A DNA stretch of 64,000 bases from Kocuria sp. (GTDB lineage Bacteria > Actinomycetota > Actinomycetes > Actinomycetales > Micrococcaceae): assembly GCF_030530945.1 (NCBI RefSeq), contig NZ_JAUMTZ010000004.1, forward strand, positions 10,693-74,692. The letters are read 5' to 3'. The notes under the pieces are model-generated. The model was not told the origin of the DNA and did no database searches. It saw only the letters and a list, made by a program, of their open reading frames with translations. Positions 43,815-54,457 of this stretch are shown here, piece after piece (positions within the stretch are counted from its first letter, which is position 1; the number at the start of each line of letters is the position of its first letter). Both the position numbers and the translations under genes were made by a program.

Positions 43815-45101
43815 ATGACTTCCAAGGCCCCCCGCACGCGCTCCGAACGAGCCCTCGACCTGTTCCGCTCCGGCTACCTCTTCGCCTCCCGCGCACGACG
43901 CCGCGCCGGCGTCTCCCCGGACTCGGGCTGCCCCGTGCGCATGCCCCTGCTGGGCAAGCAGACCGTCCTGGTCCGCGGACAGGAGGGCGTGGACCTCTTC
44001 TACGACACGTCCCGCGTGAAGCGCGACGGCGCCATGCCCGGTGTGGTGCAGGGCCCTCTGTTCGGTGACGGCGCCGTGCACACCCTGGACGGCGAGGCCC
44101 ACCTGGTCCGCAAGCAGCAGCTCGCGGACATGGCATACGAGGACGAGCGGGTGGCCGCGTACAAGCCCTTCGTGGCGGAGGAGCTCGAGGCCCTCGTGGG
44201 GCGGTGGAAGGACGGGGACAACGTCTACGACAGCACCGCCATCGCCTTCGGCCGCGCGTCCTTCCGCTGGGCCGGCATCCCGTGGGGCGTCCCCGAGATG
44301 GACCGGTGGGCGCACCGCATGAGCCGCCTGCTGGACACCTTCGGCCGCCCCGCGGTGCACCTGGTCTCCCGCCTGGACCGCAACGCCCTGGACCGCCGCT
44401 TCGAGGCTCTCATCCAGGATGTGCGCTCCGGCGCGGTCGCCGCCCCCGAGGACTCCGTGCTCGCGCACATGGCCGAGCTCGTGGACGCGGACGGTGCCCT
44501 GGTGGACGCCAAGACCGCGGGCATCGAGCTGCAGAACCTCACCCGCCCGAACGTGGCCGTGGCCCGCTTCGCGGCGTTCGCCGCCACCGCCCTGGTGGAG
44601 CACCCCGAGTGGGTGGAGCGCATCCGCGCGGCCTCCGAGAAGCGCGGCGGCACCCTGCTGGACGTTCCGGAGGCCGTGGCCTTCGCGCAGGAGGTCCGCC
44701 GCGTGTACCCGTTCGTGCCCATGCTCCCGGCCGAGGCCACCACGGACACCGAGATCCAGGGCTGCCCCGTGCACAAGGGCGAGCGCGTTCTCCTGGACAT
44801 CCTGGGCACCAACACGGACCCCGCCTCCTGGGACCGCGCGGCGGTGTTCGACCCCGAGCGCTTCATGGGGGTGGAGGACGCCGAGGAGATCACCACGTTC
44901 ATCCCCCAGGGCGGCGCGGACGTGCGCACCGGCCACCGCTGCCCCGGCGAGAAGATCGCGGTGACCTCCCTGTCCGCCACCGTGGTGGCGCTGTGCCGCC
45001 CCGAGGTGCAGCTGCCCAGCGACCAGGACGACCTCACGTTCTCCTGGACCCACATGCTCACCCGCCCGGCCACCGGGGTGCGCGTGCGCGCCACCCCCTG
45101 A
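43815..45101 (+). CDS. Cytochrome P450 of the CYP152 peroxygenase family (fatty-acid hydroxylase/decarboxylase OleT/P450BSbeta-like)
   Basis: FIPQGGADVRTGHRCPGE heme-binding region is characteristic of CYP152. N-terminal FRSGYLFASRARRRAG matches the substrate-carboxylate-binding Arg region. About 428 aa. Confidence 0.8.
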   Translation: MTSKAPRTRSERALDLFRSGYLFASRARRRAGVSPDSGCPVRMPLLGKQTVLVRGQEGVDLFYDTSRVKRDGAMPGVVQGPLFGDGAVHTLDGEAHLVRKQQLADMAYEDERVAAYKPFVAEELEALVGRWKDGDNVYDSTAIAFGRASFRWAGIPWGVPEMDRWAHRMSRLLDTFGRPAVHLVSRLDRNALDRRFEALIQDVRSGAVAAPEDSVLAHMAELVDADGALVDAKTAGIELQNLTRPNVAVARFAAFAATALVEHPEWVERIRAASEKRGGTLLDVPEAVAFAQEVRRVYPFVPMLPAEATTDTEIQGCPVHKGERVLLDILGTNTDPASWDRAAVFDPERFMGVEDAEEITTFIPQGGADVRTGHRCPGEKIAVTSLSATVVALCRPEVQLPSDQDDLTFSWTHMLTRPATGVRVRATP

Positions 45102-45126
45102 GCACTCCGCACAACGCACCAGGCAC

Positions 45127-45160
45127 GACGGCGCCGGGATCCCACGGTCCCGGCGCCGTC
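45127..45160. terminator. 13-bp-stem hairpin (GACGGCGCCGGGA-n8-TCCCGGCGCCGTC) between the convergent CYP152 and M23 peptidase genes
   Basis: Seen directly; followed by a T-containing stretch (ctgttcgtcc). Confidence 0.5.
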
Positions 45161-45220
45161 CTGTTCGTCCCGGTCAGATCAGACCGCGGAGGGGGCTCAC
45201 CACACGTGAGCGGACGGGTT

Positions 45221-47017
45221 CTACTTGCCGCCCGCCACCGGGGACCCGAACGGCGGGGTGGTGATCGCGATGTTCTGCAGGGCCCGGAGCTGGGCGGTCG
45301 CGGTCGCCGCGAGCTTCGGGTCCCGGGGGGCCTTCCCCGCCGCCGCCACGGCCTGCTGCGCGGCGGTCAGCTGCGCGACGTAGGGATCCGTGGCGGGCAG
45401 GCCCACAGCGGGGGCGCGCCCCACGAGTGCCTGCAGCTGCAGGTCCAGGGCCGAGCCCGGCACGTACGCCTTGGCCTGCTCGGGGGCCGTCAGGGTCAGG
45501 TGCGACCCCAGGATGTACTGCGTGCGCTGCTTCAGCTGCTCCGGGGTGGTCAGGAGGGTGATGTCCGCGGTTCGCGGGTCCACGCCGGTGGGGGCCGGCT
45601 GTGTGGGGGCAGGCTTCGTAGGAGAGGGGTCCGGGTTCCCGGGCACCGGTTCCACGGGCACGACGGGTGCCTTGTCCTTGGTCGGGGACGGGGTGGGAGT
45701 GGTACTCGGGGAGGGCGTGTGCGTGGTGGGCTGCTGCTTCTTCTTGCCCGTGCCGTTGCCAGAACCGCCGGAGCCGCCCTGATCCTTCGTGGTCTTGTCC
45801 TGCCCGGTCTGTCCCGTGCGCGGGGCCGTGCCGGAGGTGACCTTGCCTGTGTTGCCCGTGCCGCCCGTTCCCGCGGCCTTCTGCGTTCCCCCGGCCTCAA
45901 CCGTGCTCTGGCCCGAGGCGGGCTTCTTCGGCTCGGTCTTTGTGGGCTCGGTTTTCTTCGGCTCGGCCTTCTTGCTGTCGGTCTTCTTCTCACCAGAACC
46001 CGCAGTGGGTGCAGCCGCCGCGGCGGCGGCCACGATCGCGTCGCGGTCCTTCTGGGGTGCCTTGGAGGGAGTCGGCGCGGGGCCGGCGTCGACTCCGGTG
46101 GTCGCGTTCGGGTCCGCGGCGGGCTGCTGCGCTGCCGCCTGGTCCGCGTTGGAGTACGCGGGGCGCGAGGCCGGGATGATCTCCTCGCCGGACTTCCAGT
46201 CGAAGGACTGCGGGTCCACCACCTTGCCGTTGACCCACGTCTCGAAGTGCAGGTGCGGTCCGGTCACGCGCATGCCCGTGTGGCCCACGGCCCCGAGCTG
46301 CTCAGAGGCCTTGAGGTGGTCCCCCACCCGGACCATGACCTTGCTCATGTGGTTGTAGGTGGTCTTCATGCCGTTGGCGTGGGAGACCTCCACACGGTTG
46401 CCGCCCCACACGTCCCAGAACACGGCCGTCACGGTGCCGTCCAGGGCCGCCACCACGGGCGAGCCCTCCGGAGCGGAGATGTCCGTGCCGTTGTGGAGCT
46501 CGCGGCGGCCGTCGTCCGGGGCGACGCGCCACCCGAACTCCCCGCCCTTGAGCACGATCACCGGCTGGGCGGGCGCGATCAGGGTGTTGACCGGCAGCTC
46601 GCCCTTGAAGACGGGAGGAGCGTGCTCGGCCGAGGTCACGGGAGGCACGGCGGCCTTCCCCGCGCCGCCACCCGCGGCGCCGTTGCCTGCTCCGGCTGTG
46701 TCACTCGTGGGAGAGCTCGCGTGGCTGAGGGACACCAGAGAAGTGTTCTTGGAGGCGGCGATCGCCTCGGGGTCCGCGACGGCGGCGAACAGGGATGCCT
46801 CAGCCGGCTGGGCGGCGTCGTCGGCCCCGTTCGACGCGGCAGGGGCCGGCCGCTGCGGGCCCTGGGGGTCCTGCGCCATGGCCGGCTGCCAGGGGGCCAC
46901 CTCGGAGCCGTTGCTCAGTGCCACGCTTCCCGCCACCAGCAGGGAGAACGAGGTGAACGCCATGAGAGCCATGGACGGCTTCTTGGAGGGGGTGGAACGC
47001 GCGTTTGAACGAGCCAT
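45221..47017 (-). CDS. Secreted M23 family metallopeptidase with long Pro/Thr/Lys-rich disordered C-terminal region
   Basis: Signal peptide MARSNARSTPSKKPSMALMAFTSFSLLVAGSVALS. M23 motifs HNGTDISAPEGSPV and GHTGMRVTGPHLHFE. KKTEPTKTEPKKP-type repeats. Confidence 0.8.
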   Translation of the reverse strand: MARSNARSTPSKKPSMALMAFTSFSLLVAGSVALSNGSEVAPWQPAMAQDPQGPQRPAPAASNGADDAAQPAEASLFAAVADPEAIAASKNTSLVSLSHASSPTSDTAGAGNGAAGGGAGKAAVPPVTSAEHAPPVFKGELPVNTLIAPAQPVIVLKGGEFGWRVAPDDGRRELHNGTDISAPEGSPVVAALDGTVTAVFWDVWGGNRVEVSHANGMKTTYNHMSKVMVRVGDHLKASEQLGAVGHTGMRVTGPHLHFETWVNGKVVDPQSFDWKSGEEIIPASRPAYSNADQAAAQQPAADPNATTGVDAGPAPTPSKAPQKDRDAIVAAAAAAAPTAGSGEKKTDSKKAEPKKTEPTKTEPKKPASGQSTVEAGGTQKAAGTGGTGNTGKVTSGTAPRTGQTGQDKTTKDQGGSGGSGNGTGKKKQQPTTHTPSPSTTPTPSPTKDKAPVVPVEPVPGNPDPSPTKPAPTQPAPTGVDPRTADITLLTTPEQLKQRTQYILGSHLTLTAPEQAKAYVPGSALDLQLQALVGRAPAVGLPATDPYVAQLTAAQQAVAAAGKAPRDPKLAATATAQLRALQNIAITTPPFGSPVAGGK

Positions 47018-47143
47018 GAGTGTGATCGTGTCTCCCGGGAGGAACATCGGCGCCGTGAGCCCGCGGGCCGACCGTCAGTACAGCAAGTGTAGGTGAATTC
47101 CCGGTGTCCATGTAGTTTCATGGACGCATCGACACAGCTGTGG

Positions 47144-47668
47144 TCAGTGGCGGCCCGTCCAGCCCTGCTCCACCAGCCCGCGGACGTATGCCGCCTGCCC
47201 CACGTGCTGGGCGGCATCGTCGATGGTGGAGACGATGCGCACACCCCGGGTGACGGGCGGGTCCCAGGAGTCGTCGACGACCTCGTCCAGCTCCTCGTCC
47301 GAGAGCTCGGACACGTACTGGGCCGTGGCGCAGCAGACCGAGCGCAGGTAGCCCACCAGCAGCCCGGGATCCGAGACGCGCACCCGGGCGACGTCCTCCG
47401 GGGTGTCCCCGAAACCGAAGTCGTCGGAGGGGCGCTGCAGCCCGAAGGAGTCCGACCAGCCCTCCGCGGTCCAGATCTGCTCGGCCCCGCACAGCTGCGC
47501 GATCTGCACGTCCTGCTGGCGCGCGGCGTGCCACAGCAGCCAGGCCATGGAGTTGTGCGTGCCGTCCGGCATCTGGTTCAGCACCTCCTGCGAGATGCCC
47601 TCCACCGCGGCCTCCGCCGCCTCCACGGGACGCCGTGCCGCGTCCGCCATCAGATCCAGAGCACCCAT
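47144..47668 (-). CDS. DinB/YfiT-like (mycothiol-dependent maleylpyruvate isomerase N-terminal-domain family) protein
   Basis: Four-helix DinB_2-like pattern WLLWHAARQQDVQIAQL...HVGQAAYVRGL. Confidence 0.6.
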   Translation of the reverse strand: MGALDLMADAARRPVEAAEAAVEGISQEVLNQMPDGTHNSMAWLLWHAARQQDVQIAQLCGAEQIWTAEGWSDSFGLQRPSDDFGFGDTPEDVARVRVSDPGLLVGYLRSVCCATAQYVSELSDEELDEVVDDSWDPPVTRGVRIVSTIDDAAQHVGQAAYVRGLVEQGWTGRH

Positions 47669-47783
47669 GGTTCTCCCCTTCCGGTCGTGATCCGTGTCTC
47701 GTTCCCCACTGTACGACCACCACGCCGCGCCCGGGAGGGACCGGTCCCGGCCGCCCCGTTCCCAGCGGCGGACGGCCGGGTAC

Positions 47784-47828
47784 GACGACGCCCGGTGCCG
47801 TTCGCTGCGGAACGGGACCGGGCGTCGT
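47784..47828. terminator. 20-bp-stem (one mismatch) hairpin about 20 nt downstream of the aldehyde dehydrogenase gene (minus strand)
   Basis: GACGACGCCCGGTGCCGTTC-gctgc-GGAACGGGACCGGGCGTCGTC, seen directly. Confidence 0.5.
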
Positions 47829-47848
47829 CGTCAGCCGGGGAGCGGGCG

Positions 47849-49219
47849 TCAGCTCGCCACGCGCACCAGCTTGGTGTTGGAGAACTCGTCGAAGCCCCAG
47901 CGGCCCAGCTCGCGGCCGTAGCCGGAGCGGCGCACGCCGCCGAAGGGCAGGCCGGCCTTGGTGGTGCCGTGCTCGTTGACGTAGGCCATGCCCACCTCGA
48001 GCCGGCGGGCGATCTCCTCCGCCTTGGCGACGTCCTGGCCCCACACGGAGCCGGACAGGCCGAAGTCGGAGTCGTTGGCGATCTCCACGGCCTCGTCCAC
48101 CGAGTCGTAGGAGTAGACCACGGCCACGGGACCGAAGATCTCCTCCTTGAAGGCGTCCATCTCGCGGGTCACACCGGTGAGGACCGCGGGGGACATCCAG
48201 GCGCCGTCCTTGTCCAGGGCCTTGCCGCCGGTGTGCAGGGTGGCGCCCTGCTCCACGGCGCGCTCCACCTGGGCCACGGCGTCGTCACGGCCCTCCACGG
48301 AGGACAGCGGGCCCACCTTGGTGTCCTCGGCCAGGGGATCGCCCACCTTCATGCCCTCGACGGTCTGCACGACCACCTTCACGAACTCGTCGAACATCCC
48401 GGAGGGGACCAGGATGCGCTTGGGCGAGTTGCAGGCCTGGCCGGCGTTGCTCATGCGCGCGATCGCCACGTACTTGGCGGTCTTGGCCACGTCCACGTCG
48501 TCGAGCACGATCAGGGGGTCGGAACCGCCCAGCTCGAGCACGCTCTTCTTCAGGTTCTGAGCGGCGGTGGTGGCCACGGCCTTGCCCGCGCCCTCGCTGC
48601 CGGTCAGGGAGACGCCGCGCACCCGCGGGTCCGCCACGATGTCCGTGACCTGGTCGGTGCTCGCGAACAGGTTGATGTAGGCGTCCTCGGGGATGCCCGC
48701 CGCGTGCAGGATCTCCTCGATCAGCTCCGCGGTGCGCCCACAGATGGAGGCGTGCTTGAGCAGGATGGTGTTGCCCAGCATTAGGTTCGGGGCCGCGAAG
48801 CGGGCCACCTGGTACTGCGGGAAGTTCCACGGCATGACGCCCATGAGCACACCGATGGGATCGGTGACCACCACGGACCGGGCGTCGTCGCCCACGTCCA
48901 GGGTCTCCTCCTCCAGCAGGGCCGGGCCGTGCTCCGCGTACCAGCGGTAGATGGAGGAGGACAGCGCCACCTCACCCTTGGCCTGCTTGAACGGCTTTCC
49001 CATCTCGGTGCTGATCACGCGGGCGAGCTCGTCGGCGCGCTCGTCGAACGCGTCCGCCACAGCGTTCAGCGCGTCCGCGCGCTGCTGGGCCGGGGTGGCG
49101 CGCCAGGAGGCGAACGCGGCATCAGCGCGCTCGACGGCGCGGGCGACGTCCGCATCCGTGGCGGAGGTGAACTCCTGCTCCACGACTCCGGTGGCTGGAT
49201 TCTCTGTGCGGTAGGCCAT
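47849..49219 (-). CDS. NAD(P)+-dependent aldehyde dehydrogenase, succinate-semialdehyde dehydrogenase (GabD)-like
   Basis: ALDH catalytic motifs ELGGSDP and [11 protein letters not shown] (Cys), plus [21 protein letters not shown] upstream of the ATG. Confidence 0.85.
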   Translation of the reverse strand: MAYRTENPATGVVEQEFTSATDADVARAVERADAAFASWRATPAQQRADALNAVADAFDERADELARVISTEMGKPFKQAKGEVALSSSIYRWYAEHGPALLEEETLDVGDDARSVVVTDPIGVLMGVMPWNFPQYQVARFAAPNLMLGNTILLKHASICGRTAELIEEILHAAGIPEDAYINLFASTDQVTDIVADPRVRGVSLTGSEGAGKAVATTAAQNLKKSVLELGGSDPLIVLDDVDVAKTAKYVAIARMSNAGQACNSPKRILVPSGMFDEFVKVVVQTVEGMKVGDPLAEDTKVGPLSSVEGRDDAVAQVERAVEQGATLHTGGKALDKDGAWMSPAVLTGVTREMDAFKEEIFGPVAVVYSYDSVDEAVEIANDSDFGLSGSVWGQDVAKAEEIARRLEVGMAYVNEHGTTKAGLPFGGVRRSGYGRELGRWGFDEFSNTKLVRVAS

Positions 49220-49441
49220 GAGGTCTCCTTATGTCTCGGACGGTCGTGCATGCTGTCGTCCGTGTTAACGAGAGCCCCGGGCGGAAGATTCCCGGGTGCC
49301 GCGGCGGCCATCGCCGGACGACGTCGGTGTCCCCGGCGGCGTCGCCCGGGCCGGGTCCGCGTGGTGTCGCCGAGGTGGGCGCGGCCCGCCCCCCCCTAGA
49401 GTGATCCCATGACCAGACCCGCAGAGCCGCGGGAGGCCCCC

Positions 49442-49960
49442 ATGGGCACGGCGGCCGACATCCCCGGCCCCGGGCGGGCCGTGGCGCGAGCCTTTCCAGC
49501 GTGCGCCCTGGGCCTGTTCGCCCCGCCCGTGGTCGCCCACTTCCTGCCCCGCGAGCCCAGCGACGGGTGGTGGCCCACCCTGATCGTGATACTCGTTCTG
49601 CTCGCGATGTTCGGAGTGGTGCTCCTGGACCGCAGACGGCTCCCCCGCCAACCGAGGGACGTGGATGACCTCCGCTGGCAGGGCGCCCTCTCTTCCGCAC
49701 GCCACCACCGAGGCGTTCCGGAGCACCCGGGGGTGCGACTGATGGCGGCCCGCGTGGCCTACGACCGGGTGTGGATGTTCATGCTGTTCTGGGCCCTGCT
49801 GGTCGGCTACGCGGGCGCCGCCCTCACCCGCCCGGACCTGGACTGGCTGCCCGGTGTGGGAGGCATGCTGGTCTTCTCTGTGATGGCGCTCGTCAGGCTG
49901 CCCGCGGCGTGGGCGTACCTCCGGGAGAACGACGCCGCACACCCGCCACCACCAGCATGA
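49442..49960 (+). CDS. Hypothetical small membrane protein; 3' end overlaps the convergent urea transporter gene by about 67 nt
   Basis: Strong GC3 bias and GGGAGG upstream of the ATG at 49442. Two or three predicted TM helices. No recognisable family. Confidence 0.4.
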   Translation: MGTAADIPGPGRAVARAFPACALGLFAPPVVAHFLPREPSDGWWPTLIVILVLLAMFGVVLLDRRRLPRQPRDVDDLRWQGALSSARHHRGVPEHPGVRLMAARVAYDRVWMFMLFWALLVGYAGAALTRPDLDWLPGVGGMLVFSVMALVRLPAAWAYLRENDAAHPPPPA

Positions 49961-50819
49961 CCAGCCACATGCTCACCAGGAACGGCCACGTGTACACGGG
50001 CACGGGCAACTGGGCGATCAGCAGCTGAAGGGGCAGCGTGAGCAGCGCACCCACCAGCGCGCCGAGCACGCGCACCCACAGGGGCCGGGCGGTCCACACC
50101 ACCGCGCCCAGGGCGATGGACACCAGCACCGCCGAGTAGCCGAGCAGCCCGGAGGAGACCTGGACGACACCGTCGCCCACCAAGAGTGCACCCGCGAGCG
50201 CCACGAAGCTTCCGAGCACGCCGAACAGCCCGATCCGCACGCCACCCACGAACAGCGCGGCCACGATCAGCAGACCCGGCACCAGACCGTCTGCGAGGAC
50301 CACCTCGGAAAAGCTGTTCACCGCGCCCAGCAGCACCCCGCCCGGGCCCTCGCCGGTGGTCGGGGAGCCGGAGCGCACCAGGGGCAGCACCAGGTCGAAC
50401 ATCACCCCGGCCACCAGGCAGAACGGCGCGGTGGCAACGGGCAGCTGGGCCCATCCCAGCGCCCGGGACCCGAAGGCGCGCTGCAGGAGGCCGTGCACGG
50501 GAACGCAGGCCAGGGCGCCGACCACGGTCATGAGCAGCGCGGGCAGCGGGTGCCCCAGGGCGAGTGCCGCGGCCGCGCCCACCAGGGCGCCGTTGTAGCC
50601 CATCATCCCGGTGCGCACGGCGTCCGTGCCCAGCAGGGCCCACGCTCCCGCGGTCTGCGCGAGGGCGCCGACCGCCACGACCAGCGCCACCCAGGGGTGG
50701 ACCCATCCCATGGCCACCAGCAGCAGCGCCCCGGACCACGGGTTGTCGATGAAGAAGATCTGGGACACGCCCCGCAGGACGGTGCCCACCGCCCTGCCCG
50801 GGCCGCGAAGAGCATCCAC
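49893..50819 (-). CDS. Urea transporter (UT family)
   Basis: ISQIFFIDNPWSGALLLVAMG... matches the UT family. GGGGAGG upstream. Start overlaps the NiCoT stop. Confidence 0.8.
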   Translation of the reverse strand: MDALRGPGRAVGTVLRGVSQIFFIDNPWSGALLLVAMGWVHPWVALVVAVGALAQTAGAWALLGTDAVRTGMMGYNGALVGAAAALALGHPLPALLMTVVGALACVPVHGLLQRAFGSRALGWAQLPVATAPFCLVAGVMFDLVLPLVRSGSPTTGEGPGGVLLGAVNSFSEVVLADGLVPGLLIVAALFVGGVRIGLFGVLGSFVALAGALLVGDGVVQVSSGLLGYSAVLVSIALGAVVWTARPLWVRVLGALVGALLTLPLQLLIAQLPVPVYTWPFLVSMWLVMLVVAGVRRRSPGGTPTPRAA

Positions 50820-50820
50820 C

Positions 50821-51948
50821 TCAGACCTCCCCGTCAGAGCGCACGGACCCGCCCGCGTGCCCGGAGCCGCGCCGCGGCAGCTGCCCGCCCGTCGACGTCG
50901 TCCCCGCGCTCCCGCGCGAGGACCGCCAGAACCACCACCAGACCAGGCCGAAGAGGGCGACCAGCACGAGCCCGGCCTGCCCCAGGTCGATCTCCGCGAG
51001 CGCGGAGGTCACCGGGTCTGTGAGACCCAGGAGGTCGTTCAGGAACCCGCCCAGGGTGATGGCGGCGATGAACAGCGCGGACACGGCGGAGATCACGGTG
51101 ACCGTGGCGTTGAAGCGCATCCGGGTTCCGGTCTCGGTGAGGGCGCTGGAGTAGAGCTTCATCATGCCCAGCCCGTTGAGGGTGTCGCACAGGGTCATGG
51201 CGGCGGTGAAGGCCACGGGCAGGCCGATCAGCGCGGCAGCCGGGACCCCGGCGAGGGACGCGGTGACCGTGAGCAGCAGCAGACCGATGGTGGTGGCGGT
51301 GTCGAAGCCCAGGCCGAAGAGGAACCCCAGCACGAAGATGTCCCGCGGGCGGCGCACCCGCTGCAGGGGTTTGCGCAGCAGCCGGGACACCAGCCCCCAG
51401 CTGCCGTCCAGGTCGTGCCGGTGCCCCTGGGCGCCCTGCTCCCCGCGGGAGATCCGACGCACCAGACCCGCGCCGATGCTCGCGTTGTAGAGGCCCAGCA
51501 CCAGCAGGTACACCCCGGAGACCCCGGCCCCGATCAGACCGAGCACGTGGTTGGTGGAGCTGCCGTCCTCGAACGCCCCGTGCACGAACTGGGCTCCTGC
51601 CACCACCATGACTCCGGCGATGGTGACCACCAGGGAGTGCCCCAGGCTGAACGCGAAGCCCACGCTGGCCGGGTTCATGCCCTCGGAGACGAACTTGCGG
51701 GTGGAGTTGTCGATCGCGGAGATGTGGTCCCAGTCGTAGCTGTGCTTCAAACCGGCGGCGTACGCGGTGAGCACCACGCCCAGGGCCAGGGGCTGGGCTC
51801 CGGGCGCGAGCGCGGTGGCCAGCAGCACGGCCGCGAGCACGTGCAGGGCGGCAACCGCGGAGAGCGTGAAGCCCACCCGCACGCGCAGGGGCAGGCGGTG
51901 CCGCTCCGTCACGTAGCGGCGGTAGAGCGTGGGATGCGTGGTGGACAC
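50821..51948 (-). CDS. NiCoT family (HoxN/NixA) high-affinity nickel transporter
   Basis: GLKHSYDWDHISAIDN (HX4DH signature) plus 8 TMs. GTG start with AGGAGAACC upstream. Confidence 0.8.
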   Translation of the reverse strand: MSTTHPTLYRRYVTERHRLPLRVRVGFTLSAVAALHVLAAVLLATALAPGAQPLALGVVLTAYAAGLKHSYDWDHISAIDNSTRKFVSEGMNPASVGFAFSLGHSLVVTIAGVMVVAGAQFVHGAFEDGSSTNHVLGLIGAGVSGVYLLVLGLYNASIGAGLVRRISRGEQGAQGHRHDLDGSWGLVSRLLRKPLQRVRRPRDIFVLGFLFGLGFDTATTIGLLLLTVTASLAGVPAAALIGLPVAFTAAMTLCDTLNGLGMMKLYSSALTETGTRMRFNATVTVISAVSALFIAAITLGGFLNDLLGLTDPVTSALAEIDLGQAGLVLVALFGLVWWWFWRSSRGSAGTTSTGGQLPRRGSGHAGGSVRSDGEV

Positions 51949-52044
51949 GGTTCTCCTGGGGGTCGTGGGTGGGCGGATCGGCGGGCTGGTGGCGTCCTCC
52001 GGCGGGTCGGCAGCAGCAGGTGGCGGGCGAGACCGCCGCGGCCG

Positions 52045-53025
52045 TCAGTACTTGCGCAGGTGCAGGGGTGCCTGCCCCCGCCAGTGCTCCCGCAGCAGGT
52101 TCACCACCATGCGGTGCAGGGCCGCGATGGCTTCCGTGGAGTGGGCGAGGGAGCGCACGCACACGCAGCGCACCCCGTACGGCTCCCCCACCCCGGCGCG
52201 GGTGATGCCGGACCGGGTGCCGGAGGCGTCCACGGCGGCGGTGAGCAGCTCGTAGACCTCGTCGGTGAGTCGGGCGTCCGCGACCAGCAGCTGCCCGGTG
52301 TGGCTGTGGCCCTCCATGAACCCCGTGCCGGTGATGTCCCCGTGCGCATCCGGCTGGATCCGCAGCTGGTCCACCACGAGCCGCCGGGCGGGGGCCTGCG
52401 GGCTGGTGGACGGCGGGAGCACGCGGACCTCGGTGCGCATTCGCAGCTCGTCGTACGCGAAGGACTCCCCGGACGGGGACCACCCGGGTGTCACGACCTC
52501 GGCGAGCAGCAGGGACGCCGTGGGGTCCATGTCCACGCGCGTGCGCTGCAGGTAGGACCCGCCCCGGTAGACGATCAGCTGGTCCGGCACGTACTCCAGG
52601 CAGCTGCCCGGCCCCAGCCGCACGCGCATCTCCTGGGACGCCGGACCCTGCGGCGTGCGGTACACCTTGGTGGCCGACTGCGTGGTCAGGGCCAGGGAGG
52701 CATCCTGCTCCACGGCCACGTCCAACAGGTACGCGTCCGCTCCGAAGTACGCGCCCCCGGGGTTGATCGCCGTGTAGGTGACCTGCCCGGAGCGGTCCAG
52801 GTAGTGCGGCCGCAGCACCCGCAGCGCGCCCTCGTGGAACTGCCGGGCGGCGTACGAGCGCCCGTCCCGCGCGGCCACGGTCAGGCGCAGCTGTCCGGCC
52901 CAGTTGTCAGCGCCGGTTCCGCCGGGCGTTCCGAGAGCGGACGACGGTGCCGCGCCCGTCCGCGCGTCCGGCACCCGGGGTGCCGGCGGCGTCGTGGTTC
53001 CCCCTGCGCCCGGCGTCTCAGGCAA
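52045..53025 (-). CDS. ureD: Urease accessory protein UreD/UreH
   Basis: Position after ureG and UreD-like sequence (…LRVLRPHY…[17 protein letters not shown]…). N-terminus Pro/Ala-rich; start approximate. Confidence 0.7.
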   Translation of the reverse strand: MPETPGAGGTTTPPAPRVPDARTGAAPSSALGTPGGTGADNWAGQLRLTVAARDGRSYAARQFHEGALRVLRPHYLDRSGQVTYTAINPGGAYFGADAYLLDVAVEQDASLALTTQSATKVYRTPQGPASQEMRVRLGPGSCLEYVPDQLIVYRGGSYLQRTRVDMDPTASLLLAEVVTPGWSPSGESFAYDELRMRTEVRVLPPSTSPQAPARRLVVDQLRIQPDAHGDITGTGFMEGHSHTGQLLVADARLTDEVYELLTAAVDASGTRSGITRAGVGEPYGVRCVCVRSLAHSTEAIAALHRMVVNLLREHWRGQAPLHLRKY

Positions 53026-53629
53026 GGTCGAGCATGAGGACGTCGTTGCGGATCCAGTCCTGGACCTGGTCCAGGCCCTCGTCCGTCTTGAGGTTGGTGA
53101 ACGCGAAGGGCTTGTCCTTCCGGAACACCTTGGAGTCCGCGGCCATGACGTCCAGGTCCGCGCCCACGTGCGGGGCCAGGTCCGTCTTGTTGATGATGAA
53201 CAGGTCCGACTTGATCATCCCCTGGCCGGCCTTGCGGGGGATCTTCTCGCCCTGGGCCACGTCGATCACGTAGATGGAGAAGTCCACGAGCTCGGGGCTG
53301 AACGTGGCGGAGAGGTTGTCCCCGCCGGACTCCACGAAGATCACCTGCAGGTCCGGGAAGCGCTTCTTCAGCTGCTCGATCGCGGCCTCGTTCATGGAGG
53401 TGTCCTCGCGGATGGCGGTGTGCGGGCAGCCGCCGGTCTCCAGGCCGATGATCCGCTCCTCCGGCAGCACCGAGTTGCGCGCCAAGATCTTGGCGTCCTC
53501 GATCGTGTAGATGTCGTTGGTGATCGCGGCCATGGAGATCTCCTGGCTCATGGCCCGCGTGATGCGCTCCACGAGCTGCGTCTTGCCCGCTCCCACGGGG
53601 CCTCCCACACCGATGATGACGGGATCCAT
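53018..53629 (-). CDS. ureG: Urease accessory GTPase UreG
   Basis: P-loop [14 protein letters not shown] metal-binding motif, NKTD. AGGAGGACAG upstream of the ATG. Confidence 0.9.
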   Translation of the reverse strand: MDPVIIGVGGPVGAGKTQLVERITRAMSQEISMAAITNDIYTIEDAKILARNSVLPEERIIGLETGGCPHTAIREDTSMNEAAIEQLKKRFPDLQVIFVESGGDNLSATFSPELVDFSIYVIDVAQGEKIPRKAGQGMIKSDLFIINKTDLAPHVGADLDVMAADSKVFRKDKPFAFTNLKTDEGLDQVQDWIRNDVLMLDLA

Positions 53630-53748
53630 GCTGTCCTCCTGAGTTCTCGTTCTCTGCTGTTCGTCTCTGGGCGCCGCGGAATGCCTCCGGGCGCTGCCGG
53701 GTCTCCGCGCGGCGTCGTCAGGATGGCGCACGGTCACCCCGCGCCCGC

Positions 53749-54453
53749 TCAGCTCATGAAGAGCCGGGCCCGCTGGCGTTCGTGGTTCATCTGCGCGATC
53801 TCCAGGCCGGGGGCCACGGCTCCCAGCACCTCCTCCGCGAGTCCTGCCGTCACCAGGTCCCGGGAGGTGGCGACGGCGCGCCCCACCCAGTCCTGCGCGG
53901 CACGGATCACGGCCTGACCGGTGTTCTGGCCCAGCGGGATGCCGCGCACCGCGTTCTGCGTCAGGGAGATCACGGTGGCGTACACGTGCGAGGCCACGGC
54001 CGTGTCCTCGGGGACGTCCAAACCTCGGGCCAGCACACCCCACACGGTGGCCTGGTGGCCGTGCATCCGCTCCTCGGCCACACCCTGCTGGTAGCGGCGC
54101 ACCCAGTCGCCGGGATAGCTGCGGGCGCCGATGCTCAGAAGCCGCCTGCCCATGGTCATCCCGCCCTCGCGGATCTGCCGGGGCAGGGCCTGCGCGGTGA
54201 CGAGGTCGTCCAGGTCCTCGACCCGCTCGAAGTCCTGCGCCGCGTACACCAGGCGGATGGCCAGGGCATCGGTGAACGTGAGCTGCTGGTCCACGAACAT
54301 CTCCAGCCACGCGGAGAAGCTCGCCTCGTCCTCCAGCTGCTCGGCCGCCATGTAGGTCTCGAAGCCCAGGGAGTGGCTGAACGCCCCGGTGGGCAGGGCG
54401 GAGTCCGTGAGCTGCATGAGCCCCAGGATCCCGGTCAGAGAGGGTTCCACCAC
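53749..54453 (-). CDS. ureF: Urease accessory protein UreF
   Basis: UreF fold sequence ([15 protein letters not shown]...). Confidence 0.8.
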   Translation of the reverse strand: MVEPSLTGILGLMQLTDSALPTGAFSHSLGFETYMAAEQLEDEASFSAWLEMFVDQQLTFTDALAIRLVYAAQDFERVEDLDDLVTAQALPRQIREGGMTMGRRLLSIGARSYPGDWVRRYQQGVAEERMHGHQATVWGVLARGLDVPEDTAVASHVYATVISLTQNAVRGIPLGQNTGQAVIRAAQDWVGRAVATSRDLVTAGLAEEVLGAVAPGLEIAQMNHERQRARLFMS

Positions 54454-54457
54454 CGGA

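Noticed and set aside
45940-46010. Short tandem DNA repeats that might be mistaken for a CRISPR or VNTR locus
   Set aside because: They lie inside the coding region of the M23 peptidase tail and simply encode KKTEP-type peptide repeats; no CRISPR repeat-spacer structure.
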